Assembly: GCA_021848325.1 (NCBI GenBank)
Contig: JAJZUU010000006.1
Coordinates: 969 to 64,968, forward strand
Source of the DNA: Pseudomonadota bacterium
Lineage (GTDB): Bacteria > Pseudomonadota > Gammaproteobacteria > Burkholderiales > JAJZUU01
Direction of reading: 5' to 3'
Length of the DNA: 64,000 nucleotides
Position numbers and translations under genes: made by a program. Under the pieces are notes generated by a model that was not told the origin of the DNA, did no database searches, and saw only the letters and a program-made list of their open reading frames with translations. This document shows, one piece after another, positions 17,487 to 28,339 of this stretch; within the stretch, counting starts at the first letter, position 1, and the number at the start of each line of letters is the position of its first letter.

Positions 17487-18157
17487 GGTGATTGTTCTCC
17501 TTGCGCTTTGCCCGTTCGGTCGGCAGGGGGTTGGGGCGGGCCCAGCAGCATGGCCCGGTGTTGCCCGAAATATTCGAGGGCGTTGTGCACGGCCTTGACT
17601 ATCGCCCGGGGGGAGATGGTCGCGCCGGTGACATAATCGAATTTGCCGCCGTCCTTCTTGACCCGCCAGTCCTGGGGGGCGTAGCGCCGCAGGGAGGCGC
17701 CGTCGAATATCCTGATCCAGTCGCTCTTGGCGATCTCGATGTAGTCCCCCAGGCCGGGTGTCTCGTGGTCCGCCAGCACTCGCACCCCGGCGATCTCGCC
17801 GTTGCTGCGGATGGCCACCAACAGCTTGATGTCGCCGCCGTAGCCGTCCGGTGCGTTGGCCTCCATTACCAACGCGCTGGGCTGGCCGCGCAGGCGGGCG
17901 CGGTAGGCGAGACTGGCTTCGTCCGTCCCCAGTTGGGCGCTGGGGGGGAGGGTGAGGGTATCGTGCAGCAGGTCGTTGTCGTACAGATCTGGCGGCAGCA
18001 CCTGGCCGATGAGGGCCAGCTTCGCCTGTTCCTCATTGCGCGCGACGATGCCCCGGGTCATGTTGAAGGTGAAGGCCAGAAGGGCCGTGCCGACTACGGC
18101 GAAGACGAGAAGGATCGCCGCGGTGCGCGCCGTAAGCTTGTGGATCGCCGGCTTCAC
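17483..18157 (-). CDS. rnfG: Rnf/Rsx complex subunit G
   Basis: APDGYGG, HETPGLGD, FMN site TGATISPRA; GTG start. Confidence 0.93.
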   Translation of the reverse strand: MKPAIHKLTARTAAILLVFAVVGTALLAFTFNMTRGIVARNEEQAKLALIGQVLPPDLYDNDLLHDTLTLPPSAQLGTDEASLAYRARLRGQPSALVMEANAPDGYGGDIKLLVAIRSNGEIAGVRVLADHETPGLGDYIEIAKSDWIRIFDGASLRRYAPQDWRVKKDGGKFDYVTGATISPRAIVKAVHNALEYFGQHRAMLLGPPQPPADRTGKAQGEQSP

Positions 18158-19194
18158 TGCTGCGTCCCCCGGCCGGGCTTGGTAGGATGGCCGAACACCC
18201 GCGGCTGGGTATAGGCGTCGATCAGGGGGACGCAGATGTTCATCAGCAGCACGGCGAACGCCACGCCGTCCGGGAAGTTGCCGAAGGCGCGGATGATGTA
18301 GGTGAGGAGCCCGATCCCGGCCCCGAAGATCAGCTTGCCCTTGGGGGTGGTGGCCCCGGTCACCGGGTCGGTGGCGATGAAGAAGGCCCCCAGCATGGCC
18401 CCGCCGCTCATCAGGTGGAACCAGGGCGGCGCGAAGTGGGCCGGGTCGTGCAGGTAGAACGCCCCGGCCGCCAGCGCCAGGGTCGCCAGGAACGCGGCGG
18501 GGATGTGCCAGGTGATCACCCGCTGCTGCCACAGCAGCAGGCCGCCGGCAAGGTAACACCAGGCCACCGTTTCGCTCCCCTTGCCGCTGAAGGCCCCGAA
18601 AATGGGCATCTGCCGGATGGTCTCCACGGAGTGCCCCAGCTTGAGTTGGGTACGCAGGGTATCCAGCGGCGTGGCCATGGTGACGGCGTCCAGTTTGGCG
18701 CCGTCGGGCAGGGTGCCGCCGAACATGTACTGCAGTTCCTGCAGGAAGGACAGATGGAGGCTGGCCAAGGCATGGGGGGCCTGCCATTGGGTCATCTGGG
18801 CGGGGAACGAGATGATCATCACCGCATAGCCCACCATGGCCGGGTTGAACAGGTTGCTTCCCAGGCCGCCGTAAAGCTGCTTGGCCACCACGATGGCGAA
18901 CGCCGTGCCTACCACCACCAGCCACCACGGGGCCAGGGGAGGCATGGCGAGCGCCAGCAGCCAGGCGGTGACGAGGGCGCTGCCGTCCAGCAGGAAGGGT
19001 TTGATCGGATAGCGCCGCAGGCGCAGCATGAACGCCTCGCAGGCCAGGGCGGTGGCGCTGGCGAGGGCGATGCCGATCAGGATGGCGGGCCCGAACAGCA
19101 GCACGTAGGCGGCGACCGCCGGCAGCAGGGCGAGCAGCACCTTGAGCATGATGGTGCTCACGCTGCTGCTGCCGGTTACGTAGGGTGGGTTCAC
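18154..19194 (-). CDS. rnfD: Rnf/Rsx complex subunit D
   Basis: KQLYGGLGSNLFNPA, FMN site DAVTMATPL, FFIATDPVT; GTG start. Confidence 0.94.
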   Translation of the reverse strand: MNPPYVTGSSSVSTIMLKVLLALLPAVAAYVLLFGPAILIGIALASATALACEAFMLRLRRYPIKPFLLDGSALVTAWLLALAMPPLAPWWLVVVGTAFAIVVAKQLYGGLGSNLFNPAMVGYAVMIISFPAQMTQWQAPHALASLHLSFLQELQYMFGGTLPDGAKLDAVTMATPLDTLRTQLKLGHSVETIRQMPIFGAFSGKGSETVAWCYLAGGLLLWQQRVITWHIPAAFLATLALAAGAFYLHDPAHFAPPWFHLMSGGAMLGAFFIATDPVTGATTPKGKLIFGAGIGLLTYIIRAFGNFPDGVAFAVLLMNICVPLIDAYTQPRVFGHPTKPGRGTQQ

Positions 19195-20831
19195 GGTTCC
19201 TTTTCCTCCGCCACGGGCCGGCGCGCCATGTCCCTTACCTGCGCCCGTCTCGCCTCGATTTTCGCGATCTCCTCCAGGGCCTCCGGGGGCAGGTTGTCGA
19301 CGTTCCTGGGGGCCGCCGCCGCTTTCTTCGCCTTGGCCCGCTCCACGGCGGCCAGGATCGCCGCCTTCTTGGCGTCGGCCTCGCCTGGGGCGGGCGCCGC
19401 CTTGGCGGCGGTCTTCTGCGCAAGCTTCTCCGCCCGCTCCCGCTTTTCCCGCTCCAGCCGGAGTTGTCTGAATTCGTGCCGCTCCCGTGCCAGGTCGGCG
19501 GCCTTCTTTTCCTTTTCCCGCGCCCAGATCTCGCTCTTGGCGAAGCGGTAATACTGCACCAGGGGGATATGGCTGGGGCAGACATAGCTGCAGCAGCCGC
19601 ACTCGATGCAGTCGAACAGGGCGTATTCCTGCGCCTTGCCGAAGTTCTTGGCGCGGGCGAACCAGTACAGCTCCTGGGGCTGGAGTTCGACCGGGCAGGC
19701 CCGGGCGCAGCGGCCGCAACGGATGCACGGCATGGGCGCGGGCGCGGGCTTGAACAGGGCCGGCGAGGCGGCGATGACGCAGTTGCACGCCTTCACCAGG
19801 GGTACCTCGGGCGATGGCAAATCGAATCCCATCATCGGGCCGCCCATGACCAGCCGGTCCGTGCCCTCCCTGGCACCGCCCGCGGCCGCCACCAGATCGC
19901 TCACCGGAGTGCCGATCAGGGCCTCGAAGTTCCGGGGCTCCCGCACGTTGCCGGTCACCGTCACGACGCGCGAGACCACCGGTTCCCCGTGATCGACGGC
20001 GCGGTGCACGGTGTAGGCGGTGGCCACGTTGAAGCAGGCCACCCCCACGTCGGTGGAGCGTCCGCTGGAGGGCGCCTCCTTGCCGGTCAACACCTTGATC
20101 AACTGTTTGGCGCCGCCGGCCGGATAGAGGGTGGGCACCGCCACCACCTCGATCGGGAACGCGCTTTGGGCGCAGGCCTCGGCCATGGCGGCGATGGCCT
20201 CGGGTTTGTTGTCCTCGATTCCCACCAGCACTTCCTGGGAGCCCAGCATGAAGCGCATGACGGCGATGCCCGCCACGATCTGGGCGGCCCGCTCCCGCAT
20301 CAGGCGGTCGTCGCAGGTGATCCACGGCTCACATTCCGCGCCGTTCAGGATCAGGGTCGGGACCCTTTGCTGCGCCCCGGGGTTGAGCTTGATGAAAGTG
20401 GGGAACACCGCGCCGCCCAGCCCCACCACTCCGGCGTCCCGCAGCCGGTTGCGCAGGGTGCTGGCATCCAGTTCCCGGTAGTCGATCGGTTGGCGCTCGA
20501 TCCAGCGGTCTTCGCCGTCCGCCTCCACGGTGATGCACAAGTCGGGCAGCCCCGAAGGATGGGGAACCAGGTGCATGGCCACCGTACTGACGGTGCCGGA
20601 GGTGGGGGCGTGGACCGCCGCCGAGACATAGCCCTCCGCCTGGGCGATCAACTGCCCTTTCAGCACCCTGTCGCCGGGCTGGACCAGGGGTTTGGCGGGG
20701 TTGCCGATGTGCTGGTGCACCGGCACCACCAGGCGCGCGGGGAGCGGGGCCGGGACGATGGGGTGTCCACTGGACTCCTCCTTGTGCTGGGGCGGGTGCA
20801 CGCCGCCGTTGAAACGGTATAGTGGCCTCAT
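19191..20831 (-). CDS. rnfC: Rnf/Rsx complex subunit C
   Basis: [48 protein letters not shown]. Confidence 0.95.
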   Translation of the reverse strand: MRPLYRFNGGVHPPQHKEESSGHPIVPAPLPARLVVPVHQHIGNPAKPLVQPGDRVLKGQLIAQAEGYVSAAVHAPTSGTVSTVAMHLVPHPSGLPDLCITVEADGEDRWIERQPIDYRELDASTLRNRLRDAGVVGLGGAVFPTFIKLNPGAQQRVPTLILNGAECEPWITCDDRLMRERAAQIVAGIAVMRFMLGSQEVLVGIEDNKPEAIAAMAEACAQSAFPIEVVAVPTLYPAGGAKQLIKVLTGKEAPSSGRSTDVGVACFNVATAYTVHRAVDHGEPVVSRVVTVTGNVREPRNFEALIGTPVSDLVAAAGGAREGTDRLVMGGPMMGFDLPSPEVPLVKACNCVIAASPALFKPAPAPMPCIRCGRCARACPVELQPQELYWFARAKNFGKAQEYALFDCIECGCCSYVCPSHIPLVQYYRFAKSEIWAREKEKKAADLARERHEFRQLRLEREKRERAEKLAQKTAAKAAPAPGEADAKKAAILAAVERAKAKKAAAAPRNVDNLPPEALEEIAKIEARRAQVRDMARRPVAEEKEP

Positions 20832-21379
20832 GACGCGCGTTTGAACTGGTATACGGGGTACTTCCACTTCCAGGTGGCGATCTCTTCCCTCAACTCCACC
20901 ATGGCGATGCAGTCCACCGGGCAGGGGGGCACGCACAGCCCGCAGCCGGTGCATTCGGCGGCCAGCACGGTGTGCATCTGCTTGGCCGCCCCCAGGATGG
21001 CGTCCACCGGGCAGGCCTGGAGGCACAGGGTGCAGCCGATGCACAGCCGCTCGTCGATGACCGCCACCGACTTGGTCTTGGGCGCCCCGTGCTCGGCGTT
21101 GAGGGGCTTGAATTCCTTGCCCAGCAGTTCGGCCAGTTTGCGGATGCCCTCCTCGCCCCCGGGCGGACACTGGTTGATGTCGGCCCGCTCTTCGGCAATG
21201 GCCTGGGCGTAGGGCTTGCACCCCGGAAACCCGCACTGGCCGCACTGGGTCTGGGGCAGAATGGCGTCGATCTTCTCCACCAGGGGGTTATCCTGGACCC
21301 TGAACTTGACCGCCGAAAATCCCAGCACCGCCCCCAGCACCACGGCCAGCCCCGACATGACCAAGATGGCGGCTAGCAT
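20828..21379 (-). CDS. rnfB: Rnf/Rsx complex subunit B
   Basis: [14 protein letters not shown] and two ferredoxin CxxCxxCxxxCP motifs. Confidence 0.95.
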   Translation of the reverse strand: MLAAILVMSGLAVVLGAVLGFSAVKFRVQDNPLVEKIDAILPQTQCGQCGFPGCKPYAQAIAEERADINQCPPGGEEGIRKLAELLGKEFKPLNAEHGAPKTKSVAVIDERLCIGCTLCLQACPVDAILGAAKQMHTVLAAECTGCGLCVPPCPVDCIAMVELREEIATWKWKYPVYQFKRAS

Positions 21380-21404
21380 GGATATCCGGCTTTCGGCCGC
21401 GCCC

Positions 21405-21980
21405 TCATTTGACCAGCCCGCCGAAGCCCATGAACGCCAGGCTCATCAGGCCGGCGGTGACCATGGCGATGGCCGTGCCCCGGAACACCCCGGGCACATC
21501 GGCTGCCTCGAGCCGCTCCCGCATCCCGGCGAACAGGATCAGTACCATGGAAAATCCCGCGGCGCCCCCCATGCCGAACACCAGGGACTGGAGGAAATTG
21601 TGCTTCTCCTGGACATTGAGCAGCGGTATGCCCAACACGGCGCAGTTGGTGGTGATCAGTGGCAGGTAGATGCCCAGCACCTGGTACAGCACCGGGCTCA
21701 CCTTGCGGATGAATATCTCGGTGAACTGCACGATGCCGGCGATCACCACGATGAAGGACAGAGTGCGCAGATAGGCGAGGTCGGCGCCCAGCAGATAGCG
21801 GTTGATGAGATAGCTGGAGCCGGAGGCCAGGGTGAGCACGAAGGTGGTGGCCGCGCCCATGCCGATGGCGGGCTCCAGTTTCTTGGAGACCCCCATGAAG
21901 GGACACAGGCCGAGTATCTTCACCAACACGATGTTGTTGACGAACACGGCGCCGACGATCAGCAGCAGATAGCTTTCCAT
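21405..21980 (-). CDS. rnfA: Rnf/Rsx complex subunit A
   Basis: VNNIVL...[21 protein letters not shown]. Confidence 0.96.
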   Translation of the reverse strand: MESYLLLIVGAVFVNNIVLVKILGLCPFMGVSKKLEPAIGMGAATTFVLTLASGSSYLINRYLLGADLAYLRTLSFIVVIAGIVQFTEIFIRKVSPVLYQVLGIYLPLITTNCAVLGIPLLNVQEKHNFLQSLVFGMGGAAGFSMVLILFAGMRERLEAADVPGVFRGTAIAMVTAGLMSLAFMGFGGLVK

Positions 21981-22106
21981 GAGCCTTTATTGTGGGTGGC
22001 GGCCGCTTGCACAAGGGGAGGATTATCGCCCGCCGGACGCCGTGTTTCAACCATGACGCACGCGCATATATTGCCCGCCGGGCAACGGGCGCAGGAGAGG
22101 CCCGCC

Positions 22107-23225
22107 TCAGGTGCCGCCCAGCGCCTGATCCGGAGGAACGAAGGCGCGGTCCAGGTCCTGGGCGACGGCGGGGTGGGTGATCTGCCCCAGGCAAAGGTTG
22201 AGGCCGTCGCGCAGCCCGCGGTCGTCCGTCAGCGCCTGACGGTATCCTTTCGCCGCGATCCGCAGGGCATAGGGGAGGGTCGCCTGGGTCAGCGCCAGGG
22301 TGGAGGTGCGGGCGCAGGCCGCGGGCATGTTGGTGACGCAGTAATGAACCACCCCGTGCTCGATGTAGGTGGGGGCGGAGTGGCTGGTGGGGCGGGAGGT
22401 CTCGGCGCAGCCGCCCTGGTCGATGGCCACGTCCACCAGCACGGAGCCGGGCGCCATCGCGGCCACGGTGGCGCGGCTCAACAATTTGGGTGCCCGTTTC
22501 CCCGGCAGATAGATTGCACCGATCACCAGATCGGCGGCGCGGGTAAACTCTTCGATCGCCTGGGGCTCGGAATAGCAGGTCTTCAGCCGCGAGCCGAAGA
22601 CGTCGTCCAGGCGGCGCAGGCGGGCATGGCTGATATCCAGCAGCGTCACGTCCGCCCCCAGGCCGATCGCCATCTTCGCCGCGTTGGTCCCCACCGTGCC
22701 GCCGCCCAGCACCACCACCCGGGCCGGCGGCACGCCGGGAACCCCTCCCAGCAGGGTGCCGTTGCCGCCGCTGATCATTTGCAGGGCGCTGGCGCCGGCC
22801 TGGGCGGCCAGCCGCCCCGCCACTTCGGACATCGGGGTGAGCAGCACCGTGGCGCCCTGGCTGTCGGTGACCGTCTCGTAGGCGATGCCCACGACCTTGC
22901 GCGCCAGGAGGGCGGCGGCGAGTTCCGGGGCCGGCGCCAGGTGCAGATAGCCGAACAGGATCTGGCCCTCCCGCAGCAGGGGGAACTCGCCGGGCTGGGG
23001 CTCTTTCACCTTGAGGATCATCTCCGCTTCGTAGACTTCCGCCGGGCCGGGCACGATCTCCGCACCCACCGCCCGGTACAGGTCGTCGCCGAAGCCGATG
23101 CGCGCCCCCGCCCCCGACTCCACCCGCACTGCATGGCCGGCGGCTACCAGCGCCCTCACGCCGGAGGGTGTGGCCCCTACCCGGAACTCGTGGTCCTTGA
23201 TCTCTTTGGGAATGCCGATGAGCAT
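22107..23225 (-). CDS. ald: Alanine dehydrogenase
   Basis: IGIPKEIKDHEFRV, KVKEP, YLHLA, PMSEVAGR, DVAIDQGG, HYCVTNMP. Confidence 0.96.
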   Translation of the reverse strand: MLIGIPKEIKDHEFRVGATPSGVRALVAAGHAVRVESGAGARIGFGDDLYRAVGAEIVPGPAEVYEAEMILKVKEPQPGEFPLLREGQILFGYLHLAPAPELAAALLARKVVGIAYETVTDSQGATVLLTPMSEVAGRLAAQAGASALQMISGGNGTLLGGVPGVPPARVVVLGGGTVGTNAAKMAIGLGADVTLLDISHARLRRLDDVFGSRLKTCYSEPQAIEEFTRAADLVIGAIYLPGKRAPKLLSRATVAAMAPGSVLVDVAIDQGGCAETSRPTSHSAPTYIEHGVVHYCVTNMPAACARTSTLALTQATLPYALRIAAKGYRQALTDDRGLRDGLNLCLGQITHPAVAQDLDRAFVPPDQALGGT

Positions 23226-23267
23226 GATGTTCGCGCCGAGTTGTGGTGGATGGGAGCGCCCGAGCCG

Positions 23268-24290
23268 TCATGCCGGTCGGCACAGGCTCCCGGCGACTTC
23301 CGCGATCAGTGCGGGCCCGCGGTAGATCAGGCCGCTGTAGATCTGGACCAGACTCGCCCCCGCCTTGATCTTCTCCTGGGCATCCAGCCCGTCCATGATG
23401 CCCCCCACGCCGATGATGGGGATCTTGCCTTGCAGCGCCAGGCTCAGTTGCTTGACCACCGCGCTGGACGGGAGCCGCAGCGGCGCGCCGCTCAGCCCCC
23501 CGGTCTCGGCTCCGTGGGCCAGGTGTTCCACCCCCCGGCGCGAAACCGTGGTGTTGGTGGCGATCACCCCGTCGACACCGTAGTGTACAAGTAACCCGGC
23601 GATGGCGACAATCTGGTCGGTGGAGAGGTCGGGGGCGATCTTGAGCGCCAGCGGGACATACTTGCCGTGGCTTTGGGCCAGCGCCTGCTGCTCCCCCTTG
23701 AGGGCCTCCAGCAGGGCCCCCAGTTCGTGGGACTGCTGCAACAGGCGCAGGTCCTTGGTGTTGGGGGAGGAGATGTTGACCGCCACGTAGCCGGCGTAGG
23801 GATAGACCTTGCGCAGGCAGGTGAGGTAGTCGTCCGCCGCCCGTTCCAGGGGGGTGTCGAAGTTCTTCCCGATGTTGATGCCGAGGATGCCACGGTAGCG
23901 GGCCTTCTTCACGTTTTCCACCAGCCGGTCGACCCCCTCGTTGTTGAATCCCATGCGGTTGACGATGGCGTTCGCCTCGGGGATGCGGAACAGGCGCGGC
24001 TTCGGATTGCCCGGCTGGGGGCGGGGGGTGACCGTGCCCACCTCGATGAAGCCGAAGCCCAGGGCGGCCAGGGCGTCGATGTGGGCGCCGTTCTTGTCCA
24101 GGCCGGCGGCGAGCCCGACCGGGTTGGGAAAACGCAGGCCCATCACCGTCCGGGGCGGACAGGGGGGCGCCTTCGAGAGGAGGCTGGAAAGCCCCCACCG
24201 GTAGGATGCGTCCAGGGCCTCCAGGGTGAGGCGATGGGCAGTCTCGGGGTCGAGACGGAACAGCAGCGGGCGTAGCAGGGGATAGATCAT
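23268..24290 (-). CDS. pyrD: Quinone-dependent dihydroorotate dehydrogenase
   Basis: [36 protein letters not shown]. Confidence 0.97.
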   Translation of the reverse strand: MIYPLLRPLLFRLDPETAHRLTLEALDASYRWGLSSLLSKAPPCPPRTVMGLRFPNPVGLAAGLDKNGAHIDALAALGFGFIEVGTVTPRPQPGNPKPRLFRIPEANAIVNRMGFNNEGVDRLVENVKKARYRGILGINIGKNFDTPLERAADDYLTCLRKVYPYAGYVAVNISSPNTKDLRLLQQSHELGALLEALKGEQQALAQSHGKYVPLALKIAPDLSTDQIVAIAGLLVHYGVDGVIATNTTVSRRGVEHLAHGAETGGLSGAPLRLPSSAVVKQLSLALQGKIPIIGVGGIMDGLDAQEKIKAGASLVQIYSGLIYRGPALIAEVAGSLCRPA

Positions 24291-24299
24291 GGCGGGACG

Positions 24300-25226
24300 T
24301 CAGCCGCTCCAGCCGGCGCGCTTGGCCGGTGCCAGGTCGCTCCACAGCAGGACGCGGTTGCGCCCGGCGTCCTTGGCCGCCAGCATGGCGCGATCGGCGC
24401 GGGCGATGACCTCCTCCACGGAGGCGCCGGGGTCGATCTCGGCGATCCCGAAGGAGGCCGTGACCTGTACCGAGGTACCGTCCTTGAGGGCGATGGGCAG
24501 CGCCTCCAGCCCCGCCCGCAACCGGTCCACGATGTTCTTCGCCCCCTGCGGGGCGGTGTCCGGCAGGCACAGCAGAAATTCCTCGCCGCCGTAGCGGTAG
24601 ATGCTGTCGTACTTGCGCAGCAGGGTGGCGACGAACTGGACCGCCGCGCGCAGCACCTGGTCGCCCGCCTGGTGGCCGTAGATGTCGTTCACGTTCTTGA
24701 AGTTGTCGAAGTCCATCATGCAGACGCAGCAGGGCTGGGCGATGCGCAGGCTGCGCTCCCGCTCCTGGGCGAGCCGCGGCAGCATCCCTCGCCGGCTGGG
24801 GATGCCGGTCAGGGGGTCGCTGTCCGACAGCCGCGCCACCATGCTCAGCTGCAGGTCGCGGATGCGGGACACGAAGGCGATCGAGAGGTCGATGAAGCGA
24901 TCATAGTCGGCCGGCTCCAGCGGCGCCCCCGCGCCTGCCTTGTGCAGCAGATCCCGTGCCCGGTCGTGCATGGTGTGGTGCCCCTCGCCCAGGGAGCGAA
25001 AGCCCGCAGCGGCGGGCAGGCCGGGATGGGGGCAGCCGTAGTACCAGCGCCCGAAATCGCAGCGGCAGTGGGCGTCCGGCTCCAGGTCGTCGGGATTGGG
25101 AGGGAGCCGGCACAGCAGGGCGCGGTGCAGGTTCTTGAGCCAAGCGCTATGGCTGAGGATGCATTGCTCCAGTTCCTGGACCATTTCCCGGGTTCGGGCG
25201 TTATCCAGGTCGATGCCTTCAGGCAT
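24300..25226 (-). CDS. Diguanylate cyclase with N-terminal CZB zinc-binding domain (DgcZ-like)
   Basis: CZB ligands HSAW, HCRCDFGRWY, HHTMH; GGEEF with RKYD I-site; start uncertain (25226 or 25259). Confidence 0.88.
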   Translation of the reverse strand: MPEGIDLDNARTREMVQELEQCILSHSAWLKNLHRALLCRLPPNPDDLEPDAHCRCDFGRWYYGCPHPGLPAAAGFRSLGEGHHTMHDRARDLLHKAGAGAPLEPADYDRFIDLSIAFVSRIRDLQLSMVARLSDSDPLTGIPSRRGMLPRLAQERERSLRIAQPCCVCMMDFDNFKNVNDIYGHQAGDQVLRAAVQFVATLLRKYDSIYRYGGEEFLLCLPDTAPQGAKNIVDRLRAGLEALPIALKDGTSVQVTASFGIAEIDPGASVEEVIARADRAMLAAKDAGRNRVLLWSDLAPAKRAGWSG

Positions 25227-25317
25227 GGCGGGCTTGTCTCCCAACGTTTCGTGGCACACGGGCGGGCAGGCCCGGCCGCGGCGCCTGTCTTCGTGCCGTT
25301 CCGGGCGAGGGTTCGCG

Positions 25318-28281
25318 CTATTTCCTGGCCGTTCTGCGGAGCCGCGCCAGCAGCCTGCGCGCCAGTTCCCCGAACAGTTCGGTCTGGGTCGGGTGGGGAT
25401 GGATGGCCTGGGCCACCTGGGTCAGGGTCAGGCCCCCGGCCACCATCATCACCGCCTCGCCGATCAGGGTGTCGGTGTGGTCGGCCAGCAGGTGCACGCC
25501 GATGATCCGCTGGCTGGCCTTGTCCGCCACCAGCTTGATCATGCCGTGGGTCTCCAGGGAGATCATGGCCTTGGCGTCGATGCTCATGGGCATCTTGGCC
25601 TCCACCGCGTCGATCCCCCTGGTCTTGGCCTGGGCCACGCTCAATCCCACGAAGCCGGCCTGGGGGCGGCTGAAGATCACGCCGCAGTCGAGGTCCTGGT
25701 TGTACTTCAGGGGCTCGCCCAGCAGGTTGGCGGCGGCTACCCGGCCCTGGGTGCCGGCGGTGTGGGCCAGCATGTAGCCGCCGATCACGTCGCCGACCGC
25801 ATAGATGTGGGGCACGCTGCTGCGGCAGGCGGCGTCGGCCTGGATCGTCGCGCCGTCCAGGGCGACGCCCGCCGCCTCCAGGTTGAGGCCGGAGGTGTCC
25901 GGGCGCTTGCCGGTGGCCATCAGCACGTAGTCGCAGGGGAATTCCCGGGGGTCCCCTTCCGGCCCGGCGTATTTCAGGGTCATCTTGCCGGGCTTGCCGG
26001 TGATCTCGCCGATCTTGGCCGAGGTCACAACCGTCAGGCGCGGCTCCTGGCCGAGGATCTCGGTCAGGTGCCTGGCGATCTCCTCCTCCACCTCCGCCAG
26101 GGGGCGGTCCTTGGCCTCCAGCAGCAGCACCTCGGCCCCGAAGTCGTGGAAGATCTGGGCCATTTCCACCCCGATGGCGCCGCCGCCGATCACCCCCAGG
26201 CGCTTGGGCGGCCGGGGCAGGTCCCATACCGTGTCGGAGGTGATCACCCCGCCCGCGGCCAGGCCTTCCCCGGCCCCGGGGATGGGCGGCACGAAGGGCG
26301 GGGCGCCGGTGGCGATCACGGCGGCGCCGAAGGTCAGGCGGTAAGGGTCGCCCTCCACCGGCTCGACCTCCACGGTATGGGCGTCGACGAAGCGGGCATA
26401 GCCTTGGCGCACGTCGATCTTGATCCCCTTGTCGGTCTTCAGGGCCATCTCGCCGCGGGTGGCGAGCACGTTCTTGCGGTGCGCCTCCAGGGTGTCCCAG
26501 GCGAGTTTCGGCCGGTCGGTGCCCTGGATGCCCTTGGCCCCGTCGTGGGCCCGGTCGCGCACCAGGTCGGCGGCGTGGCGCCAGGCCTTGGACGGGATGC
26601 AGCCGCGCCACAGGCACTCCCCGCCGGGGAACGGGGCGTCGTTGATCATGGCCACCTTGACGCCGTGCTCGGCCAGGTCGCGGGCGCAATCCTCGCCGCC
26701 GGGCCCGCCGCCAATCACCACCACCGGGAAGTCCCACTCGCCTTGCGGGATGGGGGAGACGGCGGGTGCTGCGGCGCCTTCCATCCAGGTCCCGGGGTTC
26801 TCCACGACTTCCTTCAGGTCGGCCAGGTAGGCCGCCACGTGGGCGCCGTTCACCACCCGGTGGTCGGCGGTGACGTTGACCGGCATGCCATCCGGCCCGT
26901 TGGCGGAGATGGCCATGATGGCGGCGATGCCCGGGGTGGGGATGGCGGTGAAGTGGGTGACCCCGAACATCCCCATGTTGGAGATGGTGAAGGTGGGGTT
27001 GGCGTATTCCGCCGGGGCGAGCTTGCGCACCCGGGCCCGCGGCATCAGGTCGTTCCACTCCGCCTGGAGTTGTTCCAGGGTCTTGGCCTCGATGTTGCGC
27101 AGGATCGGCACCACCAGGCCGCCGCTGTCCGCCGCCACCGCCAGGCCGAAGTCGTGGTTGCTCCGCTCCACCACGCGGTCGATGGGCTGATAGGCGCAGT
27201 TCATCATGGAATGCTTCTGCATCGCCACCGAGCAGGCCTTGGCGATGGCCACCGTCACCGACACGCCCTTGGCCTTGGCCGCGGCGATCAGCTTTTCCGG
27301 ACGGATGTTCACCGTGACGTGGAAGGTGGGCAGGGTGAGGGCGGCGCTCATGGAATGGGCCACCGCCTTTTCCATCGCGGTCATGGGGCGTCCTTCCCCG
27401 GGCACCTGCACCTGGGGCAACTGGTGCGCCACCTCCGCCATGCTGGGACGGGCCCTGGTGACGTCGGCGGCCACGATCACGCCGTTGGCGCCGCCGGCGG
27501 AGACCTGGTTCAGGTCCACCCCCATCTGCGCCGCGATCTTGCGCGCGTAGGGGCTGGCGTAGCGGTTGGCCGGGCGTGGCGCCGGTTTCGCCTTGACCCG
27601 GGGCACATGGCTCAGATCGGGGCGGGCCACGGCGGTGGCCGTCGCCGCCGCGGCGGCGGGCCGGGCCGGCTGCTCCACCACCTTGTGCTCAGCGGACAGG
27701 ACCACCTCGGACTCCACCACCTTTTCCTGCTCGGCGACGACGAAGCCCATGGGATGGCCCACCTGCACCACACTGTCCGCCGCGGCCAGCGGGCCGGACA
27801 AATAGCCTTCCTGGAACACCTCCACGTCCATGATGGCCTTGTCGGTCTCCACCGTGGCCACGATGTCGCCCCGGGCCAGACGGTCGCCGAGGGCTTTTTC
27901 CCAGGTCACCACGGTGCCCTCGGTCATGGTGTCGGACAACTGCGGCATCAGGATCGGGCTGCCGGCATCGTGGGGGATGATGTCCGCGGGGACCCGGTGG
28001 CTGACCACCTCGTCCGGGGACACGGCCACGTCGCCCGGGGTGTCGCTGATGTAGCCCAGGGCCGCGCCCACCGGGACGGTGGCCCCGGGTTCGGCCAGCG
28101 GGCCGGCCAGGTAACCGTCGGTGAAGACCTCGACGTCCATGATGGCCTTGTCGGTTTCCACCGTGGCCACGATGTCGCCGCGGGAGATCTTGTCGCCGGG
28201 CTGCGCTTCCCAGGTGACCACCACCCCTTCGGTCATGGTGTCGGACAGCTGCGGCATGGTGATGACGTGATGTGAAGACAT
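25318..28281 (-). CDS. pdhC: Fused pyruvate dehydrogenase E2-E3 (two lipoyl domains, PSBD, acetyltransferase, dihydrolipoamide dehydrogenase)
   Basis: Two ETDKA lipoyl motifs, ASPYARK, DHRVVNG, then GGGPGG, GGECLWRGCIPSK and HPHPTQTE in one 987-aa ORF. Confidence 0.92.
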   Translation of the reverse strand: MSSHHVITMPQLSDTMTEGVVVTWEAQPGDKISRGDIVATVETDKAIMDVEVFTDGYLAGPLAEPGATVPVGAALGYISDTPGDVAVSPDEVVSHRVPADIIPHDAGSPILMPQLSDTMTEGTVVTWEKALGDRLARGDIVATVETDKAIMDVEVFQEGYLSGPLAAADSVVQVGHPMGFVVAEQEKVVESEVVLSAEHKVVEQPARPAAAAATATAVARPDLSHVPRVKAKPAPRPANRYASPYARKIAAQMGVDLNQVSAGGANGVIVAADVTRARPSMAEVAHQLPQVQVPGEGRPMTAMEKAVAHSMSAALTLPTFHVTVNIRPEKLIAAAKAKGVSVTVAIAKACSVAMQKHSMMNCAYQPIDRVVERSNHDFGLAVAADSGGLVVPILRNIEAKTLEQLQAEWNDLMPRARVRKLAPAEYANPTFTISNMGMFGVTHFTAIPTPGIAAIMAISANGPDGMPVNVTADHRVVNGAHVAAYLADLKEVVENPGTWMEGAAAPAVSPIPQGEWDFPVVVIGGGPGGEDCARDLAEHGVKVAMINDAPFPGGECLWRGCIPSKAWRHAADLVRDRAHDGAKGIQGTDRPKLAWDTLEAHRKNVLATRGEMALKTDKGIKIDVRQGYARFVDAHTVEVEPVEGDPYRLTFGAAVIATGAPPFVPPIPGAGEGLAAGGVITSDTVWDLPRPPKRLGVIGGGAIGVEMAQIFHDFGAEVLLLEAKDRPLAEVEEEIARHLTEILGQEPRLTVVTSAKIGEITGKPGKMTLKYAGPEGDPREFPCDYVLMATGKRPDTSGLNLEAAGVALDGATIQADAACRSSVPHIYAVGDVIGGYMLAHTAGTQGRVAAANLLGEPLKYNQDLDCGVIFSRPQAGFVGLSVAQAKTRGIDAVEAKMPMSIDAKAMISLETHGMIKLVADKASQRIIGVHLLADHTDTLIGEAVMMVAGGLTLTQVAQAIHPHPTQTELFGELARRLLARLRRTARK
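27740..28260 (-). repeat. Internal duplication encoding two lipoyl domains
   Basis: MPQLSDTMTEG...RGDIVATVETDKAIMDVEVF occurs twice with near-identical DNA; boundaries approximate. Confidence 0.85.
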
Positions 28282-28339
28282 GGGAATTCCTGAACGCTTG
28301 ATCGGGAGAAACTGTTTTCGTACCGGGCTGCCGGTCGTG

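Noticed and set aside
21216-24570. 792-aa (+) and 1065-aa (-) ORFs
   Set aside because: Off-frame or antisense overlaps of rnfA, ald and pyrD with Arg/Pro/Gly-rich noise composition.
26845-26870. DHRVVNG instead of DHRxxDG as an inactive E2
   Set aside because: Asn at this position occurs in active E2 enzymes such as Azotobacter E2p; the catalytic His is intact.
25096-28275. 1059-aa plus-strand ORF
   Set aside because: Antisense shadow of the E2-E3 gene; no motifs; expected in high-GC DNA.
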